A stretch of DNA of 64,000 nt from Bispira polyomma (GCA_965649765.1 OZ287760.1:17298001-17362000); one strand, 5' to 3'; positions 23,107-36,295 are shown, counted from the stretch's first letter. Notes: generated by a model not told the origin, from the letters alone. A program made the numbers and translations.

Positions 23107-24700
23107 CATATCATTTTATACGCTGTCTTTTGGCAGTATTTGATTTTGAGTAATTTTTACTATATTTTGTCTAATTGTAGTGTTCCACTTATGCAATTTT
23201 GAAAAGAGACTCCCGTTTAAGCACTGTGACAAGCCAGTTGCACGTATTTCACCTGTGGTCGAGTTTAGAAACAAGCGAGTGAGGTTGCGATTGTCAGAAT
23301 TTAGGGTATTTGCGGCATTGTAAATTTTTCGTCTAATGGCTCGCAAACAGCATCAGAGTCAAATTAGAATGGCAACCAGCTTTGCCATTGCAATGATCGC
23401 ACAGTTGATGGATAAGGGTTGCCCCAGTCGAGTGAATGCCCTATTAGATCCCCATCAAAGCTATAAAGATAATTAGTAAATGCGTTTTCAAGGCTGTCTT
23501 GACCACCAAAAATGACTTAAAATACCCTTACAAAATCGATCTTTTTTCCTGATAAGCTGATATTAAAGTAATGGATAGATGAAATAATTAAAAATAAGCT
23601 AGTTTTGTAAGATTGCATTATTCGCACGTGAAACAAGTTGTATTCAAATTAGAGGCAAGTTAAGAATGCATCATGGACATGGGCGAAAGCTAAAAATCGA
23701 ATGCAACCAGTGCTGACAAGTGCAATTTGTAGGTCGCATAGATTGCCCCCAAATTGCTAATTGAGATAACAGTTGGGGACGTAGCTAATGCAGTTATATT
23801 ATTAGTTTTAGTCTATAAACATTTTAATTTTCCAATGACTATTTAAAGATGGTCTGAATTAAAACCGGGACCTAAATATCCTTACAGTTAATTAAAAAGA
23901 AACATATGTAGTTGTTCTCTCACTTGAGATCTGGCAACAATAAGCATACTATTAAAAAGTCTTACACTATGTCATCTTAAGCAAGGTGCACCAACTATGA
24001 GGAAACATGTGATGTCATCTCTTCACCGTCGGTAGGATGATTTGCTGTGTTACCAAATATCAGGGGACAAGCTTCAAAGAAGCGTCAAAACAAACACTTA
24101 AGAAGACTGCAATCATAAAAGGGATATTGTAAAGTGCCACACAGTAACAAAAAAGACACCATCATAACCTCAGAGTACGAAGCTCTTTCTACTGTCATCT
24201 GTGTCTGTTTGACTTATGGTGTAAAACATGGCCTTATACAAAGAGACGTGTCAATTACACATTCTCATCTCATAAATCTCACAGTCCTGGCTTTTGAGAG
24301 GTTTTGGCTCGACACACAGGCTTCAAAAGTCGCCTCACCCGAGGTATGCTAATTTAAAGCTGTTTAGTCGAGTTAAGGTGATGGCATTACACTAAATATT
24401 TCATAAACTACCCCTGGCCATGGGGCCGGTGTATCACTTTGCTTTTCAAAATGACAGCTGCTCTGGGCGATATTTGATGAGTTCTGGGTGATTTATAGGT
24501 ATTTTATGGAGGAGAGGTCCGGCCAGGAAGAACTTACAATGCCATATAACCGACAGAGACTGTCACAGTAATTTAGTGGTCTTGCATGGCTGTGTGCATT
24601 AGATGTAAACAATACCTACTTTGTATCGAAGTTTAAGAGACAATTAGGCTGTCTCTTCTCTCCTTGTCTGTATGTGTCTTTTTTGTGCATTACTTTTCTA

Positions 24701-24706
<6 letters not shown>

Positions 24707-24761
<55 letters not shown>
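24707..24761. repeat. (TA)n microsatellite
   Basis: Uninterrupted TA run. Confidence 0.95.
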
Positions 24762-24764
<3 letters not shown>

Positions 24765-24999
24765 TGTGTAAATAGGTATTTATGTCATTTAAAATGATGA
24801 AGTGCCTCTTTGTCACCTTTTTTCATTCCAATTCTATTACAAATGTGTTGTTGTGGTCCAGATTACTATTTTTGCCATTTATCCATAAAGTTTGGATCAG
24901 TTTTACTTAAAAGTAATAATTTGACACTCAAGCCTTGGCTGATGCTATGGATCTAGTTATATACTCATAGCCATTTATTGTAGCCATGGCAAACATTAC

Positions 25000-26480
25000 A
25001 CTGATTTGCAAATTGTAGTTGTGCAATTTACTATGCAAGGCCGGATCTCTCCTCTGTAACAGTAACCAAAACAGTCAACTGAAGAACTACACCAGTATTC
25101 TCTATTTACCATAGTATTTGCCACAATAAAAGGTGGTAGCCCTCCTCCAGAAACCTTTATGTCTTTTTCTGCCGGATTTTTCACCGGTTCAGATATCAAC
25201 ATAATATCATATTTTCCGTACATTGCAATGGTTATAGAAAAGAAGGAACAAAGCTGTTTTAATCGAGTCAATTTCAAAATGGTGCTTAATCTCTATACTA
25301 GCTGGTTCTTAGGAGCAACAGTAAAAATCATCGTTCAGTAGTCGTATTGTGGTGGACAGAAAAAGAGGGTGATTATCAGAGAGTGAGTTGGTGATGGTAA
25401 GCACTTGTCAGGTGGGATAAGCTTTTTAATACAGATAGGTATTAAGTTTGCTTCTGTAGATTAAAAGAGAAATTAAGTCCCTAATATCTTGTGATAGGTC
25501 GTTGAGGTAAGTGGATATTACATGGATATTGATAAAAAAGGCTTTGAGGTATCAGGTCAAGGTTTGCGTCCTGGTGACTTTTCACATCCTTTACTTACAT
25601 CCAGATTTTTTCTCTAACTTTTTGTCTTAATTTTACAAATAATGGCATTGAGGATTCAAGGATTTAGGGTCAACAACTTAATATGGAAACCCACATCTCT
25701 GAAACGGCCTTGAAACTATCATAACCTACAAACTATATTTTAATGATAATGGCTTACGACTCACTTCTATCATTAAGCAGGAACCCTTAAAAGTACCTCT
25801 TATCTTATCTTTCTTGGGGAATCATATCTTTTTATAAGTAACTTTTGTAGCAACATCTTTGTGGATCACAATAGTCAGCATTCCATTTTTTTCGTAGACT
25901 TAACTTGTATCTATCGCCTATGCACTTTAATCTAATAATCTAAAAGCAATTCAACAATTTTAAAAGGTATCATCTTGAAAGCTAAAGATTCCCTTTTGGC
26001 GAAAAAGGCTAAATACATAAAGTAAAGCCGTCCAGGCAGCAAATGACTTAGAAGCAAAGCGCCAATTTTGAAGCAATAGCAAGAAGCTCATGGAATCAAT
26101 ATCCATCAAGCAAGGATGTTTCAAAGCACCATTACCAGCTCCCAAAACGCAGATTCCCATAGTACTTGCTGCTAACAAATAAAATGAATTCGAAGCTATC
26201 CCATTGATGCCAGCAACTGATTGCATTAGTCTAGGTATATGTATCATTAGTAGGAGGAAGTCCATCTACTCCCCCAACACAGAACCTCTTTATTCTGATC
26301 AGCAAGCCAATTCTAAGGTGAAACTAAATTACATTGTCTTCATTAGCAAAGTGCCACCAAATCTTCAAAGCACCAACTTGGAAAGTTTTCACAGAAAACT
26401 CAAAATACTTGAGTTGTGCTGACAGATTTATATATTCTCGCAGACCAAAATTATGCTGATGATACCTTCACCAATGTGAT
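25000..26480 (-). mobile_element. Highly decayed CR1/L2-type LINE reverse transcriptase remnant
   Basis: Minus-strand reading RGSVLGE*MDFLLLMIHIP...LLAASTM...DIDSM...WRFASK parallels the RT motifs QGSVLGPLLFLLYINDLP...FADD...DLD..W..FN..K in order. A QHNF (QHGF-like) motif lies upstream and LPPFIV downstream. Many stops. Confidence 0.5.
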
Positions 26481-27984
26481 GTTTTTCCCGGATGAAAATT
26501 ATATTAGTTACACATAACACTTCAGCAGATTTCAACGTTGGCCAATTTATTAATATTCTAACCAATGCGACATCAGCTGATGTAGCGCTTCCTTTTATCA
26601 GATTAGATATGTTGGCCCAACAGACGTCTCCCTACTTCTGATCAGATCGACCTCAGCCCAGGAAGAAAGCCCAGGCTTTGTGTTTTTAATTAGTTTTAAT
26701 TAAACAGAGACAATGTGGCTCAGTATTCCTTTTGCAAAATACAGATGCAAGTTTCATCATAAGATTTTATTAATAAAAATAATTACCACTTCATGTGTGG
26801 GAACAGCTACAGCATTCCCTAAGCATATGTGTTAGTTGTACACAACCCTTTTGTTGCTTCCGCTCTCCCTTGGCCATAGTTTGTGTATCGGACAGATCTT
26901 TGCAATTGTGCTATGGCAGAGCTTTTTTCACACAGCCCCACTTCTATTGTCCTAGGCCAGAAAACCTTGACAGATATACTGCCTTATGCTTTTTGTGTGT
27001 ACTGGTGTAACGATATACCTCGTCTCTTGTGAAATCAAAGTGGGCATTTCGTCCCTGTAAAATGTGTGGAAGTTTTCATAAAACTACTATTATAACTATA
27101 CTAGAATCAGAGGGAAAAACACTGCTCTTATATCGTACTATATTCCACCAAAACCAATTTGTGTAGTGATGCATGGATAGGTTGCTACTTATAACTGTTA
27201 CTTATCCATATTCAGTTGAAACTTATCAAGCTTTATCTTCCATTATGTATAATACAGTATTTTTTGTAACCTTAAAGTGGAATCTTTTGCAGCAAAAAAA
27301 AGTATTTAAAACAAATAGCTGGATCGTTTATAATATGTGACTGGCCTGACATAGATAACACAACTAGCACAAAGAAGCAAAGTAGCCCTGGGAGTAAGAA
27401 CTGGGCCTCTCTGATTCACTGATAGAGAGCAATATTGGACATTTCAGATCTAGTGATCAAATGCAAATGCCAGTATTTCTATTGCAATTATGTAATGGGA
27501 ATACTTTAGAATGGGTTGTACACGTCAGTTGCAATGTCAGGGTTATAATACTAGGTGCTGCCCCAGTGGAAGTGTAGTGGTAATAGAGACACTCGCCCTC
27601 TCACCTCTGGTGTTGTGGTAGACCAGTAATCTGACCCATTTGGCAAGATTCCTTGCTGTTATTTTGATGATGCAATCGAGGAAAAGGGACAAAAAAGGGA
27701 CAGAGACGGCTACAAAACATTGTAACTTTGGTCGGACATAAAATGGCGGAGTTGTGCCAATGTTTGTGGTTGTAGTTTTATGTTATATTAATTTGTTTGT
27801 ACCTTGTCGGTATGAAACAACACAAAATCGTATCATATATAAGGCATAAGGATATGTATTTATTTCAACCAGATTCCATGTCTATATATGCTGATTTTGA
27901 TTCACAACGTTTTGTCAATGAAAGCCACTCGGTCGCCAATTGGCTGTCCATAAGTAAATTTGTCCAATCTGTCATTTGGCAGCA

Positions 27985-28200
27985 GAATACTCGGTCCAGT
28001 GTCATGGGTTCGAATCTCGGCCCAGGCATGTGCATGCCGGGGAAGGTTGGTAGGTACTTGCTGAGGGTCAGTGGTTTCCCAAGCCACCAAAAAAAACCCT
28101 GACCATCTACACTGTTCTCATTTTCTCCATCAGTGAACTGCCTGTCTTTGATACGACCCACACAAGCCGTGTTGACAGCGACTGAAAACCCCTACCGACC
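27985..28200 (+). mobile_element. Meta-like SINE
   Basis: B-box GGTTCGAATC, then GGGAAGGTTGGTAGGTACTTGCTGAGGGTCAGTGGTTTC (Meta-domain-like) and tail GTTGACAGCGACTGAAAACCC. Confidence 0.65.
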
Positions 28201-29729
28201 TACGCTACACTAAACACGGGCTTCGTTAGGCACGATAACTTTTTACTAGAGCTTGTATTGTAATAGTTTGGGGGTGAGGGTGGGGGAAGAAGTGGTGGGG
28301 GTGTTCTGTTACAGTGTTATAGGGACACTACAATGGCATTCCAGTAGAATGATCAATCACTTAGTCTATGCACACATGTATGCATCTTCCAATATACAAC
28401 TCCCGATTTTCATTAACAAATTTTTTTTGTCGCCTTGTCATTTTAGTTTGTGTCAGACTGCGAATTGCGACGCACGATTAGCAACAAAATCATGTGAAAA
28501 TGTAAAATTGCACTGTTCAAGGCGATAATCAAATAATTCTTATATGTACAAATCGCTTTTTATGTGAACATAAATTTGTGCTTCGCACATCAGTCATCGG
28601 ATATCGGATGTCGCATACGTGTGGACTTATGCGGTTAACACTGACTTGTAGACTGACTTAATACAAGACTAATAATATGCATGGATGTGTTCGATGTCTA
28701 ATTGAATACTCAATTGTAGTACATATACAGCACGCTTGTGTAGCAGGTTTTATTTATCTCTAGTCAATAAAACATTTTTTGAAACATTTTAAGCTCTCTT
28801 GGAAATCAGTGCAATACCAGGATATTTCTTTAATTTAAATATATAACAAGTACAAAAAAAGAAGAAAAAAGGACTACTTTGTCTTTTTAAAAATTAGCAA
28901 GATTATTAAACGTGTCCACATATAATGTGAACAATGGGTAATGTTTGTGAACCTATATATATATATATATACCCCTTCTTGTATGTATGTCAGTAGCATA
29001 AAATGTGTGGAACAATGCCTGTGTTCATATATTTTTATATTTTAACTAACCAAAAAACTTTACTTGTCAATAATTAATGACAATTTCAATACGTTTTTGA
29101 TAATGTGCATGGTTATGCAACTTTTGGCTGGGAGTGTAGATATAAATACAGTATTATTCTAAATTATGTTCAATTGAAGTTGGGGACAGGTTGCTAAATA
29201 ATGTTGTCCTAAAACAACTGATTTTTTAAAATGTAATTTTTTCTGTTTTCCGTGTGTCAAGGATATAAGTTAACACTCGTCCCAGGTAAATTGTGTGTGT
29301 CAAGGACAAAACATTCCATGCCACATTGACACTACTACATTTAATATGGTCTTGTCTTCCACATTAACCACACATCTTCCCCAGTAGGGGAAAAACACCA
29401 TTTCCCTGTATACATGAATATTGCTGAACAACAAAACCCATGATTTTCAATAGTTGTTTTTTTCCAATATACAGTCATGACGTCCTCGTCCACATCATCA
29501 CATTCCTTAAATCATGCACTCTCTGCCCGGTAGTAGGAGATAGTGTACAGTGTGTGTGTGTGGTATTATGTTGATGTCAATATGATAATGGTATTGATGT
29601 ATATGGCCAGACCTTGCACACGCAACGTGTATGTAGGAGGAACATGGTCAGTGTATCCTTTTTTTGTAGTTTGCTGTTATAATTGGGGTTTGGGCCACAT
29701 AGTAAATTTTAATTGGGTTTGTCGTGTGT

Positions 29730-30062
29730 TGTGGTTATACTGTCAGACATTGGATCTGAGTGATATCAGAGCCCTGGTTCGATCCTATCCTTGCTGCTGG
29801 CCTGGAGATTGTACTCTTGGATAAGATGCTTTGCACAAAGTTCTCCCTCTTTACCCAGGTGTATAAATGGGTACCTGGCCGCCAATGTGTATTAGTTTTG
29901 TGCGCCCTGTATGGCAGCATGGCTAGTATGCTTCATGAGGGAGCTGAAACTGAATAATTGGTTGACAAGTGGAAGAACCCAGGCTCGGGTAATAATGTCA
30001 AAGCGCATTAGATAACAATGATGTTCATAACTGCACTATATCAAATGAATAATTATTATTAT
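29730..30062 (+). mobile_element. CORE-like SINE, copy 2 (different 3' tail)
   Basis: GGTTCGATCC, CCCAGGTGTATAAATGGGTACCTGGC and GAGGGAGCTGA...TTGGTTGACAAGT are shared with copies 1 and 3; ends in (ATT)n. Confidence 0.85.
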
Positions 30063-30911
30063 ATAAAAACATTGTTACAGAACATGCATGCTGCTTACCT
30101 AGCAATTATGGCCACAGTAAAACAGTTATTGGCCCCCTAACTTTTAATCACAAATTAATATAATGCTTGTATATTAATGGTACTTCAATCTAGATAATTG
30201 TAATAATAGAAATAATTTAAGCATTTATAGAGTATCAAATTGATGAAAAAAACATCCTCTAAGGCGCTGATATCCAAAACGGGAAGGTCCAGGGACGAGT
30301 AGAAGGTCGTTGCCGAAACTATTCCGATGAGTTTTTGAGATGGCGTCTGAAACAGGGAGTTTTTCCTGTGGTCGGACATTCTGTGGGAGCATGTTGCATT
30401 CAACGGGAGCAGCAAAAGCAACTTCTGCAGATTGTAGGAATAAGAATAACTTGTGGATAATAAATTGCATACACACTACCCATACATAATGGTTGGCCAA
30501 ACAAAAGTATAGAATACCTTTGTTCTACTGTAATCTAGATTGGAAATACACATAAAATATATTCTGGTATTACTAAGTTAATATATTACCACTCATTACT
30601 GAATATATTCATATCTACAAGCTATATATACTACAAGATCACGTCACAGTAACACATGATTAGACTCAATGGCTATAGATGAGTGCACAAACATAGCAAA
30701 CATTGACTCTGTATGGGGTAAATGCCACTGTTGGAGGGGATTAAACACAACAGGTTTTTTTTTTATATTTTCAAAAGATGGGAGTGTTTTATAGAATTGA
30801 GTATTAAGACATGTTTAAGGGTGAGCTTTTAGTTACAATGTCGACACAGGCCCTTCCACCAATCTAATCACTCCTCCCCCCCCCCCCTTCCTTTGACCCC
30901 CTTCCAACTGG

Positions 30912-31011
30912 TGCTTTGTCTGGTGTGTAACGTCCCTGTAAAGATAGTTAACTTGTCTATAATCTATTGACCTACCTTTATAAGGAAACCACTTTTATCT
31001 GTGCAGACAGC
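30912..31011 (+). ncRNA. Candidate pre-miRNA-like hairpin with miR-10-type seed
   Basis: 5' arm 30933-30951 pairs with 30967-30986 (17 of 19 positions, by hand), 15-nt loop, basal TGTCTG/CAGACA pairing. Confidence 0.3.
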
Positions 31012-31876
31012 TCTTCAACTGTATACATTGTCCTTGAATCATTTCGTGCTAAGGGCCCATCATTTTGTTTAAATACCTTCTGATTTGACATGCCATTAAA
31101 CTTTGCATCTTGTTTTAAATTTAAAAGAAAAATCATTCGAGTTAGTTTTTGTATGGCAGTTGATGTTGCTGGTTCTTTTTTTACACCCTTTAAATCGATA
31201 GCAGCTTTTGTTTTGGGTTGAATGTTAACTACACAGTATCAGGTGATGTTAATTACAGGTGATCACATGATCCTTTTTACTGGGTGAACACATCAAATAT
31301 CCAGCACTTCCTGCCTGTCTCCGGCTGACAACTGGGACCACATACCGGGTTCTGGATTGCGTTAGCCTGTCATAAGGCACAATTTCAACGAAGTCTTACT
31401 TTCTTTATTTTATACATCATGCAATTTGCCATGCCCTTATACATTTCAGTACACGGGTGAGACAAATTCTTAGACCATATCATGTTACTATTTTACCGTA
31501 TTACATTTTTATTATTTTTTATAATGTTGATGTAATCTGTCATAACATGATGATACATTTCAGTACATGGGGGTTAACAACATAAAAAAGGTTGACAAAT
31601 AGATATTTTGTTAAAAATGATATTTAATAGGGACACATTGGAAAGGCTAGTTTGCTAGACAGATAAACAATAGACATCTAAGCAAAATAAACACAGCAGA
31701 AAGACCAATTTAAAAAATTGCTTTGGAAAAAAGGAATAATACAAAGGCTGGTGCATTATCATCAATCTGACAATAGACATTGGGACTTCAGTGGTGTGTA
31801 GAAATGGTAGCAGTAGACTTACTGACGGCCGGTGACAGACTAGAATACCTTGCCCACATAAGACCTCTTCCCACAT

Positions 31877-32105
31877 GGGGCCGCGGTGGCCTAGTGGTTA
31901 GCAAGCATTGCGTTTCACAATCACTGGTCTCTCACCTCTGGGCGGCGTGAGTTCGAATCCCGTCGATGCCTATGTGGGAAAGGTGGTAGTTCCTTACTGT
32001 GGGCCGCTGGTTTCATTGTAGAACCTTGATCAAATGTATGTACCCGTCCCAATATAACCTAAACAGGTACCAGAGTGGACGTTAAATATCCAAATTAAAA
32101 AAATA
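31877..32105 (+). mobile_element. tRNA-derived SINE family A (Meta-like), with 14-bp TSD
   Basis: A-box TGGCCTAGTGG and B-box GTTCGAATCCC; perfect TSD ACCTCTTCCCACAT at 31863-31876 and 32106-32119; homologue at 46416-46667. Confidence 0.9.
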
Positions 32106-33787
32106 ACCTCTTCCCACATTGGCTAATTGGCTTGGCGATAACATGAAATATTGTGCTATCACAAAGGGTTCTCCCGATTGTCTCCTGTATGTCTCCTTAA
32201 TTCCTTTTGGTGTATCTCTATTCTCTCCAGTAATCGTCACTGCTAGATTATCAGGACACATAATTTGAAAATGTTCAAATTTACAGCCAAACGACAAACT
32301 TTTGAGGCGACACTGAGGAGGTAATTGCCTATTGACTTATTCTTGCCGACCTGTTGCTTTGATGTTGTACCATTGTGTTTATTGTTTTCCATTTTTACTA
32401 TACCAATTGAAGTAGGTGACAAGCGTTAGACATTAAAGAAAAAATCGCATTAATGTCTCACGGTGATCTAATCACTTGTACAACTACCAAAAATGGCCAC
32501 TTGTCGCACCGTTGTCATATCCTTTTCTCAATGTTGTTTGACTGTGGTATCATGACTGTCCAATCTCAGGTGTCATCATACTGTCTCAACAATGGCATTG
32601 AAATGCCTTTTTTGTTGTTTTTTCCCCAGGTCAATGCACATGAACAATGGTGACAAGCACTAACAAAATATTGCAACAGGGTTCTTTATTATGTCACTAA
32701 TGTGTGACGCCGGTTTTACCCTGTTCTTATCGCACCATTTGACTAGCACATCGTGATACGACACTGGATGTGTTGAAAGCGATGTTACGGGTAACTAAAC
32801 TAGACAAGACAACTACTAACAGATGACAAGTACAATCATAGCTGCGCTCATTATTTATATGTTCGAAGATTAAGCCGTCTTCCTACTGTCATCAGGAGAA
32901 GCAACACAAATATATTTGTCTGTGATTTGCCATTTTAGTAATGCTTAAAATAAATGTCTTTTGAACAAAATCAGCAACAAGCATCTGACACATGAAAATA
33001 TTGCAATTGGTTGTTGACCATTATTTATCATCCGTCAGTGGTCCGCTATCTAGTAGCATCAGGTCTAACTGGATAGTTGCATCTGCTTGTAAATATATTT
33101 TCTTCTTCAGCATTCTGTGACAGTTTCCAATTTGTCTTCCAGAGTGCATTCTGCATGTTAGGCATTCTGCAAGACAAGTTTATATCCAGAGTTGACCAAA
33201 TTCCCACAAGTTGAGAACACATCTGATTTCAGAGGGGGGTGGTTACCATAACTGCAATTACAATATAGCAAACGATAATTTTCCCTTGATGTTGCTACTC
33301 ACCAAGCATCACGATGTTGCAAAAGGTCTCAGACAAATTGAAATAATATGAAGAGCCTAATAATAAAACATGATATCTGTTGCTCACATAGGCTTGGAAC
33401 ACCAACATTAAACTGTTAGGTCTCCTTAAGCATGCACTGTAATGGTTTTTAATAATCATTATGTATCTGTCCCTACAGAGGCTTTTCAACTCTGCCAAGG
33501 GGAAATGAGTATAACGCTGATGTTAATACATAAATCTATAGAGACACTGTATAATCAGTTCCTGACTGTCTTTTTGGTATCTGACAAATTGTGCTTGAAT
33601 ATGGTAAAACCTAGATAAAAACTATTGCTGGCTCATTAGTTCCGAGGCTCAAACAGGATCTGCTACTCTTCCTCCCTCATTCGTAGCAATGTTTTTTTTT
33701 TCTGTTAACCTTCCCTCTGTGTTATCTCTCTAAATACCTTCCTGAGGCACATGGTGATCTTTTGATGTGCACAAGATACCTGGGCCC

Positions 33788-34018
33788 GTATTCTCGAACG
33801 TATACTCAGCTTAAACTCATACTTAACTCAAATACTGGCCATGTGGAAATCATTGTACATGGAAATAACCTGTACTTGTGACATTTATTTTAATAGAGCT
33901 TTCAACTCTGAATTCAAATATGAAGTAAGATTTTAGATATCTTTGCTGTATCCAGAGTTATAGAGAATCCAAATTTGAGTTGAGTATGACTTTGAGCTGA
34001 GTATACGTTCGAGAATAC
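33788..34018. mobile_element. MITE / foldback element with 46-bp inverted repeats
   Basis: 33788-33833 (GTATTCTCGAACGTATACTCAGCTTAAACTCATACTTAACTCAAAT) versus the reverse complement of 33973-34018: 3 mismatches. Confidence 0.85.
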
Positions 34019-36295
34019 TTATGTGGCGTTCAATGCATGTGCACTGTCATTCTCTTGGTTGGGAATGTCTGTCATGGCTTTGAAGTGGTTGTTTGTCTCC
34101 CCCAGGTCTTTTGTCAGTGACAAAAATATGGGTGTTTAAAATGCAAACTTTTCAACTGGTTACAGTCGAATTTAACATTTTCAAAGGAAGCAGCAAATAT
34201 ATACCTTGAACTAATACATGACTCCATCATGTAAACCATGGTAAATAAGAAATAAGGAGATGTGGTGATTTGAATGACATTCATAAATTCAGGGAATTGC
34301 TAGCTTGAAGGAAGAGTATTGATGCATGGGTAAAAGGGGAGATGTGTGGGAGAACTGCTGTATCTGCTGCGTAATGATGCTATAGCATGGTCTGAGACAG
34401 TGCAATGCTACTGGTTGACAAGTTTAGCATACAAAGCTGTATCAATACAGATGTGCTGTTACTTTTGTTGATTATTTCATAATATATTGGGTTTACACTA
34501 GCCTTAACTAAATAAAGCTTACTATAAATGTAGCACTTAATAATGTTTTATTATACTTTTCAATTTACACCCCAGTCTTCTTGTATTACAAAACAGTTTG
34601 TTTGGCATAACCATGTGCACATCCATCCATGCTCTCATTGAATCAGGTCTTATCCAGTCATGCCTTATGGTATCTAATGTTGATATTTATATCATATTTA
34701 TATCATCAACTTTGCAATATGGCTCTCCTTGTCTTTGAAATTCTCTTATACAACATAGTCAATCTTATATTTTTGTTGCCTCATCAATGAGAAAGGACTT
34801 AAGCCCTTAACACAATATAAATTCCACTCCACACATATATTCATTTGTATTGCTGTTTTTTGGGGGTAATGATCATCACAGGGTAGCATATTTTATGTGG
34901 CTCTACCATATTCCCCCCTGAATTTTTTAAGACTGTGTGGATTTGGAAGATCAACATAAATGTGGCTCACAACATTTTGACTATTTCTTATAAATGATAA
35001 ACCTGGATTCTGACAAATCAGTTGATGCTGGCCTGTCTTTGGTATTAGATATATGTGATTCAACACATCACCCCATGCCACAAATATACCACTTTCAGTC
35101 TACACTCCATGACTCAGCAGTGCATGTGGTTCGGTTTTGGGGTCTCCCACTATATCATGTAATTCCAACTGAAGACACCAGGGTGCGCACTGTCACTACA
35201 TAGCTGGGCCGAGCCTTTCAGCCTTTCAATGTATCCCAGCATTAGTTTCCTCCGAGTTTCTTTTGGTGTGTTGTTTTCTTCACCCTGAATTATCTCCCTG
35301 ACATCTTGACGATTTCTAGCTATTCATTTACCAGAGGGTTTTTATGTCACCAAAGCTCACATTAGATTTAAAAAGAATGAGTCACTAAGCTATATTGCCC
35401 CAATAGAACACAGAATGAATGGCAATGCCCTTTAATGGATGCATCTTTGAAAAACTTTAAGTTTAAAAGTTTTAGTTTTTTTTTTTAGGGGGGGAGGGGC
35501 TGTACATGGGTAAGACATTGGCTTGTTAATAAGACAAGATGGCTAAGAATAATTAAGGAGATTCCCCTCTCTGCTTAAAGCTTCTTAAATGACATTTAAT
35601 CAATGCCCCTGGTGTAGTACAAGCCGGCTTGTCTGGATTTGCCTTTTATCTCTCCGGGGCCATATATCAATGAGGTTTTGTGAAACCTCAAGAACAGGCC
35701 ACCAGTTGAGGCTTTACAAGTATAGAATAATTAATGGCCCCCGGGAATGAAGTAAAATACGGCCTGACCCACATGATAGGGTGATATTTCTTTTTTCACT
35801 AAGTGAACTATTTCTTTTTTGTAGTCTGTAGATAAAGTAGGCCAGATAATGAGTGGTATTCCTGGGATCTCTCCTTTTAGTTCTTTACTTTCCTACACAT
35901 GGCCAGGCTGAACTTCACTTCCTTGGCATTTCCAAGGTACCTAAATTTTTAAAGGCTCCCCTGTCCCACACAGGGGGACATTAAATGTTGTGTAATCGCA
36001 AAACGTTCTGTTCATTGTCTTGTGAAGGTCTCCTCTATCCCTTTCAAGGTCTCTCTGTTGCCTCTTTGTTGTCGCCAGTTAGCGCTTCCACTTGATTGTT
36101 GTTGTGGCGCAGAAATATAAAATGTTTAAATTCGGAGCCATAAGAGCCTTTTGAGAAGACAATATGGATACAATTGCCTTATTGTACCTTGGAAATGAGC
36201 TTTACGATGTCGTATACAAATCGTATTACAGTCTCACAGTTGTCTTACCATTGTTGTGAATAACCAAAACTCACCGGCTCTCAATATTTATTGTT

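Noticed and set aside
31877-31965. tRNA gene (A and B boxes)
   Set aside because: It is a SINE head: it continues into a repeated body, has a TSD and has a second copy.
33798-33806. ACGTATACT equals the first 9 nt of miR-iab-4-5p, within an inverted repeat
   Set aside because: Similarity stops after 9 nt; the 139-bp spacer is not pre-miRNA geometry; iab-4 is known from panarthropods and lies upstream of abd-A, not downstream; the element looks like a MITE.
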